Source: Cladosporium halotolerans
Lineage: Eukaryota
NCBI RefSeq assembly: GCF_011745625.1
Contig: NW_027191479.1
Location: 1-64,000, forward strand
DNA: 64,000 nucleotides
Direction of reading: 5' to 3'
The stretch's first letter is position 1. Each line of letters opens with the position of its first letter. The translations under genes and the position numbers were made by a program. This document shows positions 46,222 through 59,013 of the stretch, piece after piece. The notes under the pieces were generated by a model. It did no database searches, was not told where the DNA came from, and was given only the letters and a program-made list of their open reading frames with translations.

Positions 46222-48061
46222 ATGGCCAACAATCTGAGTAAGTGACGAGCTGTAACAACGGAAGTAGCTGAAAGCGCACATGCTAATAATCAATCGCAGA
46301 CTTGGACATGAGCAATGGTACGCAGCGGCGATCACATGCAACCCCTTCAATCCTCAACTAACTCACAGAACAGCTCAAATCACCACCGACGAGACCGGAC
46401 GTCCCTTCATTATTGTGCGCGACCAGGGGAAGAAGACCAGAGTACACGGCAATGAAGCTGTCAAGCAGCACATTCTCGCTGCCCGCTCCGTTTCCTCCCT
46501 CGTCAAGACCTCCCTCGGACCCCGCGGACTGGACAAGATTCTGATCAGCCCGGATGGCGATATCACTGTTACCAACGACGGCGCGACCATTCTCGGTCAG
46601 ATGGAGATCAAGGACAACATCGCACGGCTGCTCGTCAGCCTGTCACAATCACAAGATGCGGAGATCGGAGACGGTACGACAGGTGTCGTTGTTCTGGCGG
46701 GCGCTCTTCTCGAGCAGGCGGCGGAGCTCATAGACAAGGGAATTCACCCGATCAGGATTGCGGACGGCTACGACACGGCTTGCGAGGCTGCGGTGAAGGA
46801 GCTTGACCGGATAAGCGACGAGATCCCTTTCAGCCGCGACAACACCGAGAACCTTTTTAAGGTCGCTAAGACCTCGCTTGGCTCTAAGATCGTTTCGAAA
46901 GCCCACGACCAGTTTGCGCAGATCGCCGTCGATGCTGTGTTGTCCGTCGCCGACCTCGAGAGGAAAGATGTGGACTTTGAGCTCATTAAGGTTGATGGAA
47001 AGGTTGGTGGTGCTCTGGAGGACACTCTCCTTGTGAAGGGTGTGATTGTCGATAAGGACTTCTCGCACCCTCAGATGCCTTCGGAAGTTCGCGACGCGAA
47101 GCTCGCCATTCTCACTTGCGCATTCGAGCCTCCGAAGCCCAAGACCAAGCACAAGCTCGACATCACTTCGGTTGCGGAATTCAAGGAGCTCCAGAAGTAC
47201 GAGCAGACGAAGTTCACAGAGATGATTCAGCAGATCAAGGACACTGGTGCGAACGTGGTCATTTGCCAGTGGGGTTTTGACGACGAGGCAAACCACCTTC
47301 TGCTCACCAACGAGCTTCCCGCAGTGAGATGGGTTGGTGGTCCCGAAATCGAGCTCATCGCCATCGCTACCAACGGCCGCATCGTGCCCAGATTCGAGGA
47401 TCTCAGCGCAGCCAAGCTCGGCAAGGCGGGCGTCGTTCGCGAGATGAGTTTCGGCACAACAAGGGAGAAGATGCTGGTGATTGAGGAGTGCGCCAACTCG
47501 CGCGCCGTCACAGTCTTCGTCCGCGGCAGCAACAAGATGATCATCGACGAGGCCAAGCGCTCGCTACACGACGCCCTGTGCGTTGTCCGCAACTTGGTCA
47601 CTGACAACAGAATCGTCTACGGTGGCGGTGCGGCAGAGATTGCCTGCTCGCTTGCCGTTGAGAAGGAGGCGCTTGAGACTAGAGGCCTCGAGCAGTACTC
47701 CATGCGCGCTTTCTCCGAGGCGCTGGACGCCGTTCCCATGGCTCTGGCCGAGAACAGCGGTCTGAGCCCCATTGAGACTCTGGCCGACTTGAAGGCCAGG
47801 CAGGGCAGAGGCGAGGGCAGAGGCAGACTCGGTGTTGACTGCATGCAGACCGGCACAAACAGTAAGTTCCTGACCGTCTCCACATCATGTATTTTTTTCT
47901 ACAGCATGCTAACCCCTAATGCCTCAGACATGAAGGACAACTTCGTCATCGACCCGCTCATCTCCAAGCGCCAACAGCTTCTGCTCGCGACCCAGCTGTG
48001 CCGGATGGTGCTCAAGATCAACAACGTCATCGTCGCCGGTGGCGAGGAGAACGACTTCTAG
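46222..48061 (+). CDS. CCT5: T-complex protein 1 subunit epsilon, ~551 aa, 4 exons
   Basis: Exons 46222-46237, 46300-46317, 46374-47861, 47928-48061. [66 protein letters not shown]. Confidence 0.97.
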
Positions 48062-51000
48062 ATGTCACGATCATAGCGAACGTACTGCACGCTGAATTGC
48101 GCGTGGGGCTTTCTTCGAGCATAGCGACGGTGTGTCTGGGAAACCCTTAATCGATAGATCCGGCAAAAGGAGATATGATGTAAAGCTCTGAAATGAAAAG
48201 AAAAAGATAAATCGCCATTATGGGCAGTTTCATGGTGTTATCCATGTGGTCGCTTCAGGTGAGCGACGATGCGCCATCCATCTCAGCGGAGACCTACCTT
48301 CTTCTACTGAGCCTCACTTACGATGCAAATACAAGATCCAACCAGGCGCCGCCTGACGCATATGTGATCATTTAGAATGTCATGCCTTTTCACCGCTCGA
48401 AGTTCCACTCTGCTCATTGAAAGGTACCAATTCGATATGGTACAAGTATTGGCAACTACCGGTCTTCATTCCTGATCGTCAATAATCTCTCTCGCCATTG
48501 TATCCCTGCCATCTCCATTTCGTCTTCGTCAGATTGATCAAAAGAAAACCACTACGTTCGATCAGGCTCTTAAACAGATACCTCGAATGCTCTTCCGAGT
48601 CAACAAGATATCGATCGATATTGAATGAACTCATCGGCCAAACAAAATGAACACAGCCGACTTGAAATAAGAGCTTTCCATCATCGGATTGTATGGGAAC
48701 ATTGACAATCACTACTGTCTACTCTCACAGGTCCCTTGGGAACCGACGCTCGCTGCTGCGGCTGGATCTAAGGGCCTCACTCTCTTGGTTCCTATGACCC
48801 TCGGGGTTGGACGACGAGTCTGAGCAAAGCGCAACGTTGCAGTATCATTCGAGACGGACAATTTCTTGAGTCTCGAGTCTCGAGTCTCTAGCTAAACTGT
48901 TGCGAGTTCATGATTTGCTAATTCCTCTGAAAATGGATCATGGACTAACTCTACTGGCTCACCATTGCTGTGAGGAGACATGCTGGGCTCAATCATTGAT
49001 GAGGTGACTTCTGGCCGTGTAGGAGATCCGCTCATGGGATCAGGACTACCAAAATAAAAGAACTGTCGTCGATGGAAAGTACGGGTTTTGCTACGGGCGT
49101 TGAATATTAGACCGCTCTACGGTGCGGGAGGGTTCTACGACATTGTGCCTTCAACGTTAAGAGCCTCGTATCGACCTTTTGAGGTCGCTGAACGGTGTTG
49201 CTATTTCTCTATACCTACTTCCGATCTGACGGATTTCGGGAACCATTCTGATATGTCCTTGAACGATCTGATCATTTGATATATTGCAATCGTTCACCAA
49301 TGGCCTGGCGCCGAGCAAGAAATGTGCGGCAGTTCACCAATGCCCGTCCAGTGGATCGAACGGCTTCAATGTTCGACAGCGCTCAAGCGTTGATTATACA
49401 CGATGCTTGAAAGGCCGCAAACAACTGGGAAACTACACGACGGGGCAGCAGGCATTGCGCGCTGACATGTCAGAGCTCACTCCGGCATCTCATAGCATCA
49501 TCACCTTCGATCGAAGCGCGGGAGATGCTTACTACGAACCACTTCTTCCCCATAATCACCAGCAGCACCTCTCGCCCAAAGATCACATCAGCAACCTACG
49601 CGGAGAGAATTACCAATGTCTGACGCTTACAACCACATCCTACCAGCAACACAGTCCGCCCGGCTCCCCGTCATACCATTCCAACCACCCGCAAACCATT
49701 CCCCAGCTCCCCGGACTACATGTCTCACACACAACACCGCGTGACGAGCAGAAAAGCCGTTTTACCATCGGCCTTTGAGAACAATCGCATCCCAACCCTT
49801 CCCCGTCAACACGGCACGCCCGTAGATCCCTCGACGCGCGGCCGTCGAAACCGCCCTCTGTCTCCGATTCATACAGCAGATCTTGGGAAGAAGAGCAACA
49901 CCAGCGCGCGCACCACCGTTGAAACCGTCCAGCGAACCGCCGGCCCGCGAACACATCCCAAACACCCGCCAGCCCGAGAATCATCAAGCTCCAACCCGTC
50001 ATCCGGGGAAAGCGGGCGGACCCAGAAAACAGGAAAACGCTCCTGCTCCTCCTACCTTACTGCACGAACACGGGGATTATCTCTCGCCACAGCTACTCTC
50101 TGTCCCGTTGGACTTTGAAACCGGTCGACCCGAGGTTCGCCTGCTTGCTCAGCGGGAGGTGCGGCCGGCGATGCCATAGTTCGGCGGCGCAGGAGGGGAG
50201 CTGGAGTGCCGGCATGAGATCGCCGTTTCGGAGCGGGCGCGGAGAGCGGGCCGGAGGGGAGGGGAGGGGAGGGGAGTTTACTTGCATTGCTGTTATGGGT
50301 TGGGGTTGGGCGCGGTATAGGTCGAGTTTGCACCGAGGGTTGGAGGGTGAGATTGTTGTTGTGGCATGTGTTTGGGTGGCTCGTGTTTGGTAGCGACGGG
50401 GGTTCTATCGATATGCGGACGGCGGGAGGTGGTGAGAGGGTGAGATCGGTGGCGCTGGCGGCCGTTTGCGACAGGAACGGCGGCGTTCGCGCGTGGTGGA
50501 TGGGGTCTGACGTGAGTCGTTCCTACCTACTTTGCGATGCGTTTACACAACAAGGAATCTATCTTCGTCGTGGTGCAGCGAGACGTGGGATGCCTACACA
50601 TCGTATGTGGAGTGGGGGTTTCTCGCCACCATCTAGATGCATGCACTGCACAATGTTCCAGATCCAGAACACTCACGCTGTCGGCATCCAAACCAGGTGC
50701 GTGGGATTTCGAACTCGTCCCAAGCGCCCCAACAATCCCACGTCCACGACGCCGGCCGAGCTATCTCCTCTCCTCACATATGTGCATGCATGCATCAACA
50801 ACAGCATTCAGCCCATCCCACCGCAAAAGCAACCTATCCTCCAAACCGGCCCCCGGGGCAGCAGCGCCCGCCTCCCGCCCGGCGCCGGCAGCTGGCTCCG
50901 CGAGATTGCCTCACAGCAAGCTCGGGGCAATCAGCGCAAACCGCTGGCCCGGGATATAGGGCCCTGGCAGTTCAATTAAGACGCAGACGCAGACGCCGAC

Positions 51001-54000
51001 CCGGACGAAGACGCGGGCGGCGGCCATTTACATGGCGGTCTGCACAATCACGCCTTCGACGTGTCCCCGGCGGCCGGAGGGCGCGCCGCGGTGTGCATGC
51101 GAGATACAGTGCTACTGTAAACATGTAGGTAGGTACACATGCATACAGCGACCTTCCGATCGTGAGGCCACCCGCCATCCCTCCCTCCCTCCCTCCCGCG
51201 CTCCGCGAAGGCACGGCGCGCTCTCGTACGTTTGATCGACAGGCTCGACAGACAACGTTCCTGCGGGCGCGGATGCGAGTGGACGGAGCCGCATGGAGTA
51301 AGCGAGGGAGGAGGGCACAGCTGCGGCGGAGAGACCATTCTAGAAGTGGCTTTGCGCGTGGGATGTCTCTTTTCCTGTTGTCCGACTATAGCTGATAGGC
51401 AGGGAAGAGAAAGCAGACGACGTGACAGCACAGCGGTCTATTGGATTCCCCAGCCGTGCGACGACAGTCTACCCGCCCGCGGCTGCAAACGCCCACGCGG
51501 ACGCGCGCAGGACGCGGCGTGCACTTGCTGCGCTCGCATGATCGTTTTCGCCCTCATACCGCTTCTTCTCGCTTGCCTCTGGGGCAGCAGATCCCACATC
51601 TGTCAAACAGCGAAGCGAAACAACCGGGTGTCCACTCGCGAGGGCAAGACGCGTGGATCGAGCTCCTTCGCGAAGGCAGGGCAGAAGGGCGGCGGATAAA
51701 TTCAAACGATCCTGGACATGCACGGTGCCCACGTCCCCGGGACCAGCTGGCTTCGTCACGCGCGCGGACTGCAAACGGCCGGCGTGGGGCCTGGACCTTG
51801 CTTGCTGGTGAATAGCCGCGCGCGGATGGGCGGGCGGTTAGCCAGCACCAGAGGAGATACGAGGAAGAAGCAAAAGGGAAACCCGTCCAGCGCACACACA
51901 GCGCAGCACGGCGTGGCATGACCCCGTGGGACCAACGCTCGCGCCCCCGCGACGTCGCAAGACAGAGCAGATGACCAAACCGCCAGCGCTTCCCATCGCC
52001 GGCTGCGCCCAAGGGGGATACACGATGGATCCATCGCAGCCTCACACCCACACCGCACCAACACACCAGATCCCAGCACCACGGTCACCCGCACACCCTC
52101 CCGCCGCAGCTCCCGTCCGGGGAGAAAGCGGAGAGGGCGCGCTAGCGGAGCATCGACTCAGGGCTTCGCTTGCATGACGCAGGTCCACGCAGGGCTGGGA
52201 TCCGGCCGGTGGAGGGAGGGGGAGATGGAGGTGGAGGGAGGGAGCCGGGTGGTCTGGGTCTTGTTTTGGCGAAAGATGAGGGTGTACACGTAACCGTTCC
52301 AATCCTTTCGCCCGTTCCGTCCCTTTTTCCGCCATCCGCATCCGCTCGCTGGCGGGTCGGGTGTTCTTTGTCCCTTCGCTGCGCTGCGGGCGGCCGTGCC
52401 GCATTGCGATACGCGAAGACGGTCGGAAGGACGCGCTGCGCGGTCAGGTGCTCTGCTTGCTGCAGGGTAAAGAGCATCTGCGCCGGGAAGGATTGAGGAC
52501 CTCCCTAAGGTTTTCCCTCGCCGACATCTCGGACTTCGCAGCCGCGGGCAGCTCGTCCCATGGCTCGCGGATCAGAATCGCAGGGAAGGAATCGGGTCAG
52601 ACGAAATACACTTTCTGGCCCGGCCCCGGAAATCGGGCGGGGGGAGTCAAAGGTAGCAATTACGGCATTCGGTATGTCTAAGAGAGCAGGGGGGGCTGGC
52701 TCGCTGCTGGCCTGCCTGTGTCTCTGCCATCTCGTTGGCAGACGTCACGCATCATGAGATCTGAGGGGCTTAGAGTTGATGTTGTTCTTCTTCGTTTCTT
52801 TTTGCCTTTTGCCTCCAGATCTGGCTCGAGCGCTCGTGATCACCGTCGCCGGGCTGAGGATCGCTGGGTCGCGCAGGAGAGGGCATTTCTGAGCGACAGG
52901 GCGAGCCAGGATGGTCACGCGATGCGCAGAGAAAATGCTCAGTCGCCGCCGTCGTCGTCATACCGTACCCTGACTAACTACTGCCTGCCCGTTATCAACT
53001 CCCGACTGCCGCGCAAGTCAGGAACCTAACGGCCAGGTAACCCGCCTTGTGCCGAGAGCGCAGTTGAGGTTCACTCTCGTGTCTTCGGTAGAGCAGCTGC
53101 GCAGCCTTCCTCGAACATCCGCTTCCTCACCGCAAACGCGAAAGAAAGGGTCCTGCTCCCCGGCCATCTCCACAAAATCCCACCCGCACTCCGCAATCCT
53201 AAACCTCCCACTCGCTCGATCGTCGCGCCCTTCTCCACGCCCCCAAAGGGCCCCGCAAGCCCGCGCGTCACGAGAACTCGCAAAGCAGAAAGAAAAAACG
53301 AATCCAACCAGCAGCGCAGCACAGCACAGTATGTAGCAAGCGAGCCCACAAAAACGACTCCATCGTCGGAGATCAGGGTCCTTCGCCTCCGCTGTCTGCC
53401 TGAGGTGCGCGTGCGCGCGTACAATATGCAGCGCCTCACGAGTCGCAAATGCGGTGAGCGGCGCACAGCGCAGCACAGCACAGCACCGCGCAGCCGCGAA
53501 GCGTCGCAAGCACTTCCAGGGCAGATGATCTCGGCCTATGCGCTGGCTGCCCGCGGCCGTAGCAAGCCAGGAACGAGAGAGAGAATTCGTCAGGATCACC
53601 TGCCCGCGGGGGAGGAGGGCGTGCAGAAGCGGATTGAATCCTTCGCGGGCGGGCGGCAGACGCCAGCGCAGCGACGCGCAGCAGCGTCTATCCGTCCGGC
53701 GGCGGCGGGCGGGTATTCGTGGATGGTCTGTAGATGGGATGGGATGGGGATGGGATGGGGGAGGCGAGAGCGGGAAGTCGGGGAATTTACTGGACAGTAC
53801 ATAGTGTTTTCGCGGACGATCAGTTCGGTCCATTGCTGGTGTGCGAATGGGATTGCAGCGAATGGTCGTGATTGCTTGCTTTTCCTTTCGGCTGTTTGAT
53901 TATTGCTGGGCAGCCGGCCGGTCGATCGCGTGTGGTTCAGGAGCGGAAGGCGGACGGCCGGATGGTTGGTTGGTTGGTTTCACTACTGCTACTCACATGA

Positions 54001-57000
54001 CGGCGCACGAACGAACGCAGCCCAGCTCGCTCGGTCCGTATATAGCCAAATTTCCATCCGGGACGGGGAATCGGGAGATTTTGCGTTGGTTTGTATGGCA
54101 TGTCTCGTGCGTTGGCCGTTCGCGGGCGGGCCTTGGGCGGACGGATGAACGAACGAGCGGAGGATCTGCGTTTCAGCGTGTGGAGGCGATGGCGGGATTG
54201 TTGGATTGTGTCTCACGCGGACGGCGGGAGGAAGGTGGGCTAGGATGGGTGGTTAAAAAGCAACGAGGGCGGTGAAAGCAAGCGATTGATTGATCAATGA
54301 TAGGCGCGTACGCGCGTGAGCTGAGTGCGGGCATGGGCATGGGATGAGATGTGTTCGTGCGCTGGCAGGCAAACAGTCAACCACCTCGATGCCGAGGCAC
54401 GCTCGGCATGGCATTGTTTGTTCGAGCGAGCATGTCAGGCAGCCAGTGCGCGAACTGACTTTCGTCGTTCGCGGAGAGAGTAGTGAGAAAGAAAGTGTGG
54501 CGTTGGAAGCAGGCGTGCCGTTCGCGTGACAGGAACGAGGACCTCGCGCGTGGAGAGTTTACTCCGCCCCAGGAACGAGGTCGGCTGTTCCTCACGGCCT
54601 TTCTGCGCTCGTTCGCAACTCTGTCTGCCATGCAGCGTGGCAGGTGAGCGCGGGCGGGCGTCGACCTGAGAAGTTCAGGGCTGCCTGGCTCGGGTTGTTT
54701 CCTTCTTCTCGCGGGCTGCGCAAGGGTGAATCTCGCCCGGCTGATGCGCGGTGTTGGTGTCTCCAAGCACAAACGACTCCTGCTCTCGCCACGCCCGCGA
54801 AGCACATGACGGCGGCGACGAGAATAACCCGTCAGCCCGCGCACCCCGGATTGCCGTTCGCCGTCGCACGAAGGTTTCTCGCTGCCCTCGTTCCGTGGCG
54901 AAGGCGCTGAGAGCGAGCGAGACTTTCTCCGACTCTCCAGCGCAGTTTGCGGCGCCGAGAGGTCAGCCCGCCACGTGCCTCAGTGCGGCCGCGGTTTCGC
55001 CGCGCCCCGGGCGCGAGAATTGCCCCCGCGGCACGAGGATGTTTGGTAGAGAACGGGTCTTGGTTAGAGAAGGACCAGGGCGGGCGCACGCTCGTCGTGC
55101 TCTGCAGACGATGCAGGCCACCCCCGGCTGAAAGGACGAAATGGCGGGCGCCAGTGGCGTGCGACTTAGCAACGCGGCCGCGGGCACTCAGATGGGGCTG
55201 GATGTCGGTGGGCAGCTGACTTGTGTGTTTTCGCAGGGCAGTGTACCTAGTGCTAAAGTAGTGAGGGGTGAGGCAAGACCGCCAGCGAAACGCGCAGGAC
55301 GGGCGTCCGGCTGACGAGGCGAAGCCGTCGAGACCTCCTGCTTCCTGCACCTCGCGCTGCCGGCATGTACTGGGCTACGACGACGCGCTGCGCTGCGGTG
55401 CGGTGCGCTGTAATGCAGTGGGAGAGGCTGACCGGCCGCGAGAGGGTTGCTTCAGTTATAGCAGGTCAGCGGCCCTCTGTCATGTACGACGGCATGCGCA
55501 TGCTGTGTCGCCCTACATACAGCGCTGCACGTCCTGCCGGCAGGGAGCGGTGCGGCCGGGGCGCGGGCGCGGTGACAGCCTGCGGCGACCAGGAGTGCTG
55601 TGGCCCTGTGGGCTGGGCTGTACTGTACAAAGCGGCGACGGCGAGACGGGGAGGGCGCGCGAGACGGTGTGCACTGTGCGGGATTCCCAAAAGCATACCA
55701 TGTCACCGGCTGGCCGGCTCAGCGATCCTACAAGCCGGTGCGGCAGCTAGACAGGCCCCAAACAGCGGTGAGGCTGCACGTCCACGAATCACCAAATTGT
55801 TCTGGAAGAAGTCTCCCCAGGCCACGGTCCACCGCGAGCGTACGCGTGCGGGCGCAGTGGCGAGTCGGCGAGTCGCGGCGGCGCAACCAGGAGCAGGCTC
55901 AGGCTGGCTCGGCAGGGCTCAGGGAGCGCGAGCAGCGCCGCAGTAGCAGCGGTTAGGTTGGTCGCGGCAACCTGACAAGCGGACCCGGTGACGGCGTGGG
56001 CCTCCACGATCGCGCCGGGTGAGGCCGAGTCGTGGTCAGCAGCGAGGGCAGCACAGCGCACGATGGAGGAGGACGAGGGGAGCAGTGTAGCAGTGGCACA
56101 GCACGGTGGTCAGGGCCGGCTCGGCTACGTAGAGGGAGTGGTACAAGCAGAGGCCGAGGGACATGCCAGCAGTAGGTGGTCAGTCGCCAGTAGTCAGGCA
56201 GGCAAACACTGCTGGCGGGCCACGGGCGGCTATGGCCATGGGAACGCGAACGGGCAGGGCATGGGTTAATCTGGACCGGCGGGCCAGCGCGGCAGGGTCA
56301 ATCGGGCTGAGGACTACTCCGTCGCGAGGCCCAGCGGCCGCCGCACCAGCGCCAGCACCAGCGCCAGCACCAGACGAGGGCCGTGGGCGTGGGAGAGTGG
56401 GAGTCTCGTCTGGTCTCGTCTCCGGCGGTGCCTGGGGCGCGGGAGTCAGTGGCCCTGCGGTGGAAACGGCGGCGCGGCGCTGGGCTGGCGCGGGAGGCAG
56501 CACACGCATCCACGCAGCGACGCACCCACGCAGCCATGCAGCCATCCCAAGCAACGGGCACGGCAATCAGGGGAGCGCGGAGGGCGCTGCGAGAGTCAGT
56601 CGGGCGGCTGCTGGCAGTGTGGCAGCGTGCCAGTGTTTGGGCGCCGGGCGGCGTGGGCTGTCCACGGGCGGCCGCTGGCGCAGGATCGGCGGGCGGGCAA
56701 GCGATCTGCTCTCGTCACCCACAGCCGAGGGCAGAGGCAGCGTGGCCCGACGTGCAGCAGATAATGCCGGGTAGTGGCTCGGAACTAGCGCGCCTGGTCA
56801 GCCCTTAGCTCCCACGATGGCGCCGCCGGCGAGGCAAGCGCGCTGCCGCATGCAGAGTCACAAGCCAGCCGCGGCCAGCGTCAAAAGCAGCCCGCCCGCC
56901 AAACCTCCCACACCGCGCGCTCCACACCCACGCCAACGCCCACCAGCCCCGGCCTGCCGACCGCCTGCACCCAGCGCAACCAAATACACCCGCCGCCCGC

Positions 57001-57267
57001 CCATACCCTCCTCCCACCGCGACACACGACTCCCACTCGCGCGCATCGCCCAGCATATGGCCTGTTGTCCGCCGCCCGTCCGCCGCCTGCTCCTCGCCGC
57101 CGTCCAATCCTCCGCCCGCTGACGTAGCCCGTCCATCCGCCGTACCCGTACCTGCACTCGTATTCCCGTCCGCGAGCGACAACAACACCCGCCCCGCCCG
57201 CCACACACGGCACCCTCACTTTCGACACAACCTCCGCCGCGTCAATCGACCGGCCAATCCCTCCGAC

Positions 57268-59013
57268 ATGCCTTTCCGCCCCGAACACTCGCTGCTGCGA
57301 GTCGAGGTGCCCGCGTTACATACCATCGACACCCGCAGCGTGGAGAACCTCTTCGGCATGGTAAGTCTATCCGCGCCGCCGGAAACTTCGCGCACGCCCG
57401 CGCCTGACACTCTTCTCCCCCCACAGTGGTCGCTCTTCTCCAAAACCTCCCACGCGATGGAAGACGGCAAGCGCCTCGAGAACCTTAGTTGGCGTCTTTG
57501 GAACCGCGAGACCTTCTGCTGCGCACAGCCCGACGAAGACGCCCGCCCGCGCCTATCCCCGCCCTCCGCCTTCGCCGCGAAGCCGCATGCGGCAACCGCC
57601 GACATTCCAGTGCCCGATTTGTCCTCCAGCCTAGAATCGGCCGTGTCGGACGAGCTCGACGAGTCGTCTCAGGCCCGCCCAGAACTCACCCGCCACCTTT
57701 CATCCGAAAGCAGGAGTCGCGCGTGCGAGAAACACATCACACCTGTCGACCTCGAGAAGATTGTCATCTCCATCAAGGAGAGCCAAAAGCTTTCGCGTGT
57801 TGAGTTCGCCATGCCCGCGTCATCCTTTAAGCCCGAGCCCGTCGTCGTGCCCTCCACATCCGTCTCCCAGGACTTCTCCAAACTCACCTTCGATGAGCCG
57901 AACCCTTCCGCATCCACCGAAATCGCGCCCGCGCCCTCCGCGTCGCGATCAACTCTGCCAATCTCATCTACTTCGACGGTCAACACACACGACTCTGACA
58001 TCTCACATGATAGGGCCGACTCGCAAGAGAGTTCGTCCACCGAAATGAGCACACATAGCATCATCCGCGGCTTCAAGCCCGGTGGCGCGCCCTCCTCTTA
58101 CCGCTCGCAAACAAACCTCGCATCCCAGCCCACTCCTATCCTAAAGACATCGCCCAAGTATCAGCCGTCACAGCCTAAGAAGAAGGGCGCCATGTTCACC
58201 ATCGGCACGTCTTCAGGTGAGGACGAGAGCTCGCTGGACAGCCACATGTACAAGAGCTCCTTGTCTGAGAGCCTGAAGAACGGCGACTGCAAGAAGCAAA
58301 CATCATTCAAGGACGAGGTCGCCATCGGCAGAGCAGCTTCCCGTCACAGCCCGGTATTTGAATCTGACGACGAAGACGAAGAGATCTCCGAGAGCGCGAT
58401 CGAAGACGATGACGACTCCTCCGACTGGGAAGACTCTGAGGACAACAGCGGACCTTCATCAGTGAACGACCGGGAACCCCTCTTCCAGCGCGTCGACTCG
58501 CAAGCCAACCTGACGTCAAGAAGATCTATGCTCACAACACTGATGCACGAGCCTGACCGCGCGAGAGCAATGGCAAACGAAGCCTCCCGCTCCACGCCTG
58601 CACTCCGACGATCACGCACAACTACTCCTAACGGACCTTCAGTGGCTGGCTCTCCCGTACCAAGCGTACAGCTGCACGCGCCCATCCAGGAACCGACCCG
58701 CTCAAAACCCATCATCATGACCACCTCGAACACGATCCCCCAGCAACTGGCCCTCTCACCCCGCACAACCCGCCGCAACATGCTCTCCACAGAGCTGACG
58801 GAGTCGCTGAGGAAGAACCTCCTCTGGGAGCGCCAGCATAGGAGCACCGGCAACCTGACCGCGCTCAAGAGGCGCCATACCTCCACAGACGTTAAGAACC
58901 TCAAGCAGCAGCCCGAGCCCGCGCCCATCTTCTCCCACCCTGATGGCGCCAAGAAGTTCAACAGCGAGTACCACAACGCCGGCCTGCAGGAGTACAACGC
59001 CAAAGGCTGGTAG
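57268..59013 (+). CDS. Mks1-like regulator (DUF1752 + DUF3295), ~559 aa, 2 exons
   Basis: Intron 57361-57426 (GTAAGT..CTGAC..CAG) restores NLFGMWSLFSK..GKRLENLSWRLWNRE (DUF1752). C-terminal LSPRTTRRNMLSTELTESLRKNLLWERQ..YNAKGW (DUF3295). Confidence 0.88.
   Translation: MPFRPEHSLLRVEVPALHTIDTRSVENLFGMVSLSAPPETSRTPAPDTLLPPQWSLFSKTSHAMEDGKRLENLSWRLWNRETFCCAQPDEDARPRLSPPSAFAAKPHAATADIPVPDLSSSLESAVSDELDESSQARPELTRHLSSESRSRACEKHITPVDLEKIVISIKESQKLSRVEFAMPASSFKPEPVVVPSTSVSQDFSKLTFDEPNPSASTEIAPAPSASRSTLPISSTSTVNTHDSDISHDRADSQESSSTEMSTHSIIRGFKPGGAPSSYRSQTNLASQPTPILKTSPKYQPSQPKKKGAMFTIGTSSGEDESSLDSHMYKSSLSESLKNGDCKKQTSFKDEVAIGRAASRHSPVFESDDEDEEISESAIEDDDDSSDWEDSEDNSGPSSVNDREPLFQRVDSQANLTSRRSMLTTLMHEPDRARAMANEASRSTPALRRSRTTTPNGPSVAGSPVPSVQLHAPIQEPTRSKPIIMTTSNTIPQQLALSPRTTRRNMLSTELTESLRKNLLWERQHRSTGNLTALKRRHTSTDVKNLKQQPEPAPIFSHPDGAKKFNSEYHNAGLQEYNAKGW

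Noticed and set aside
48479..57260. Dozens of 60-270 aa ORFs in the long intergenic region
   Set aside because: They overlap on all frames, have Arg/Ala/Pro-rich GC-driven translations, and show no motifs or consistent splice structure.
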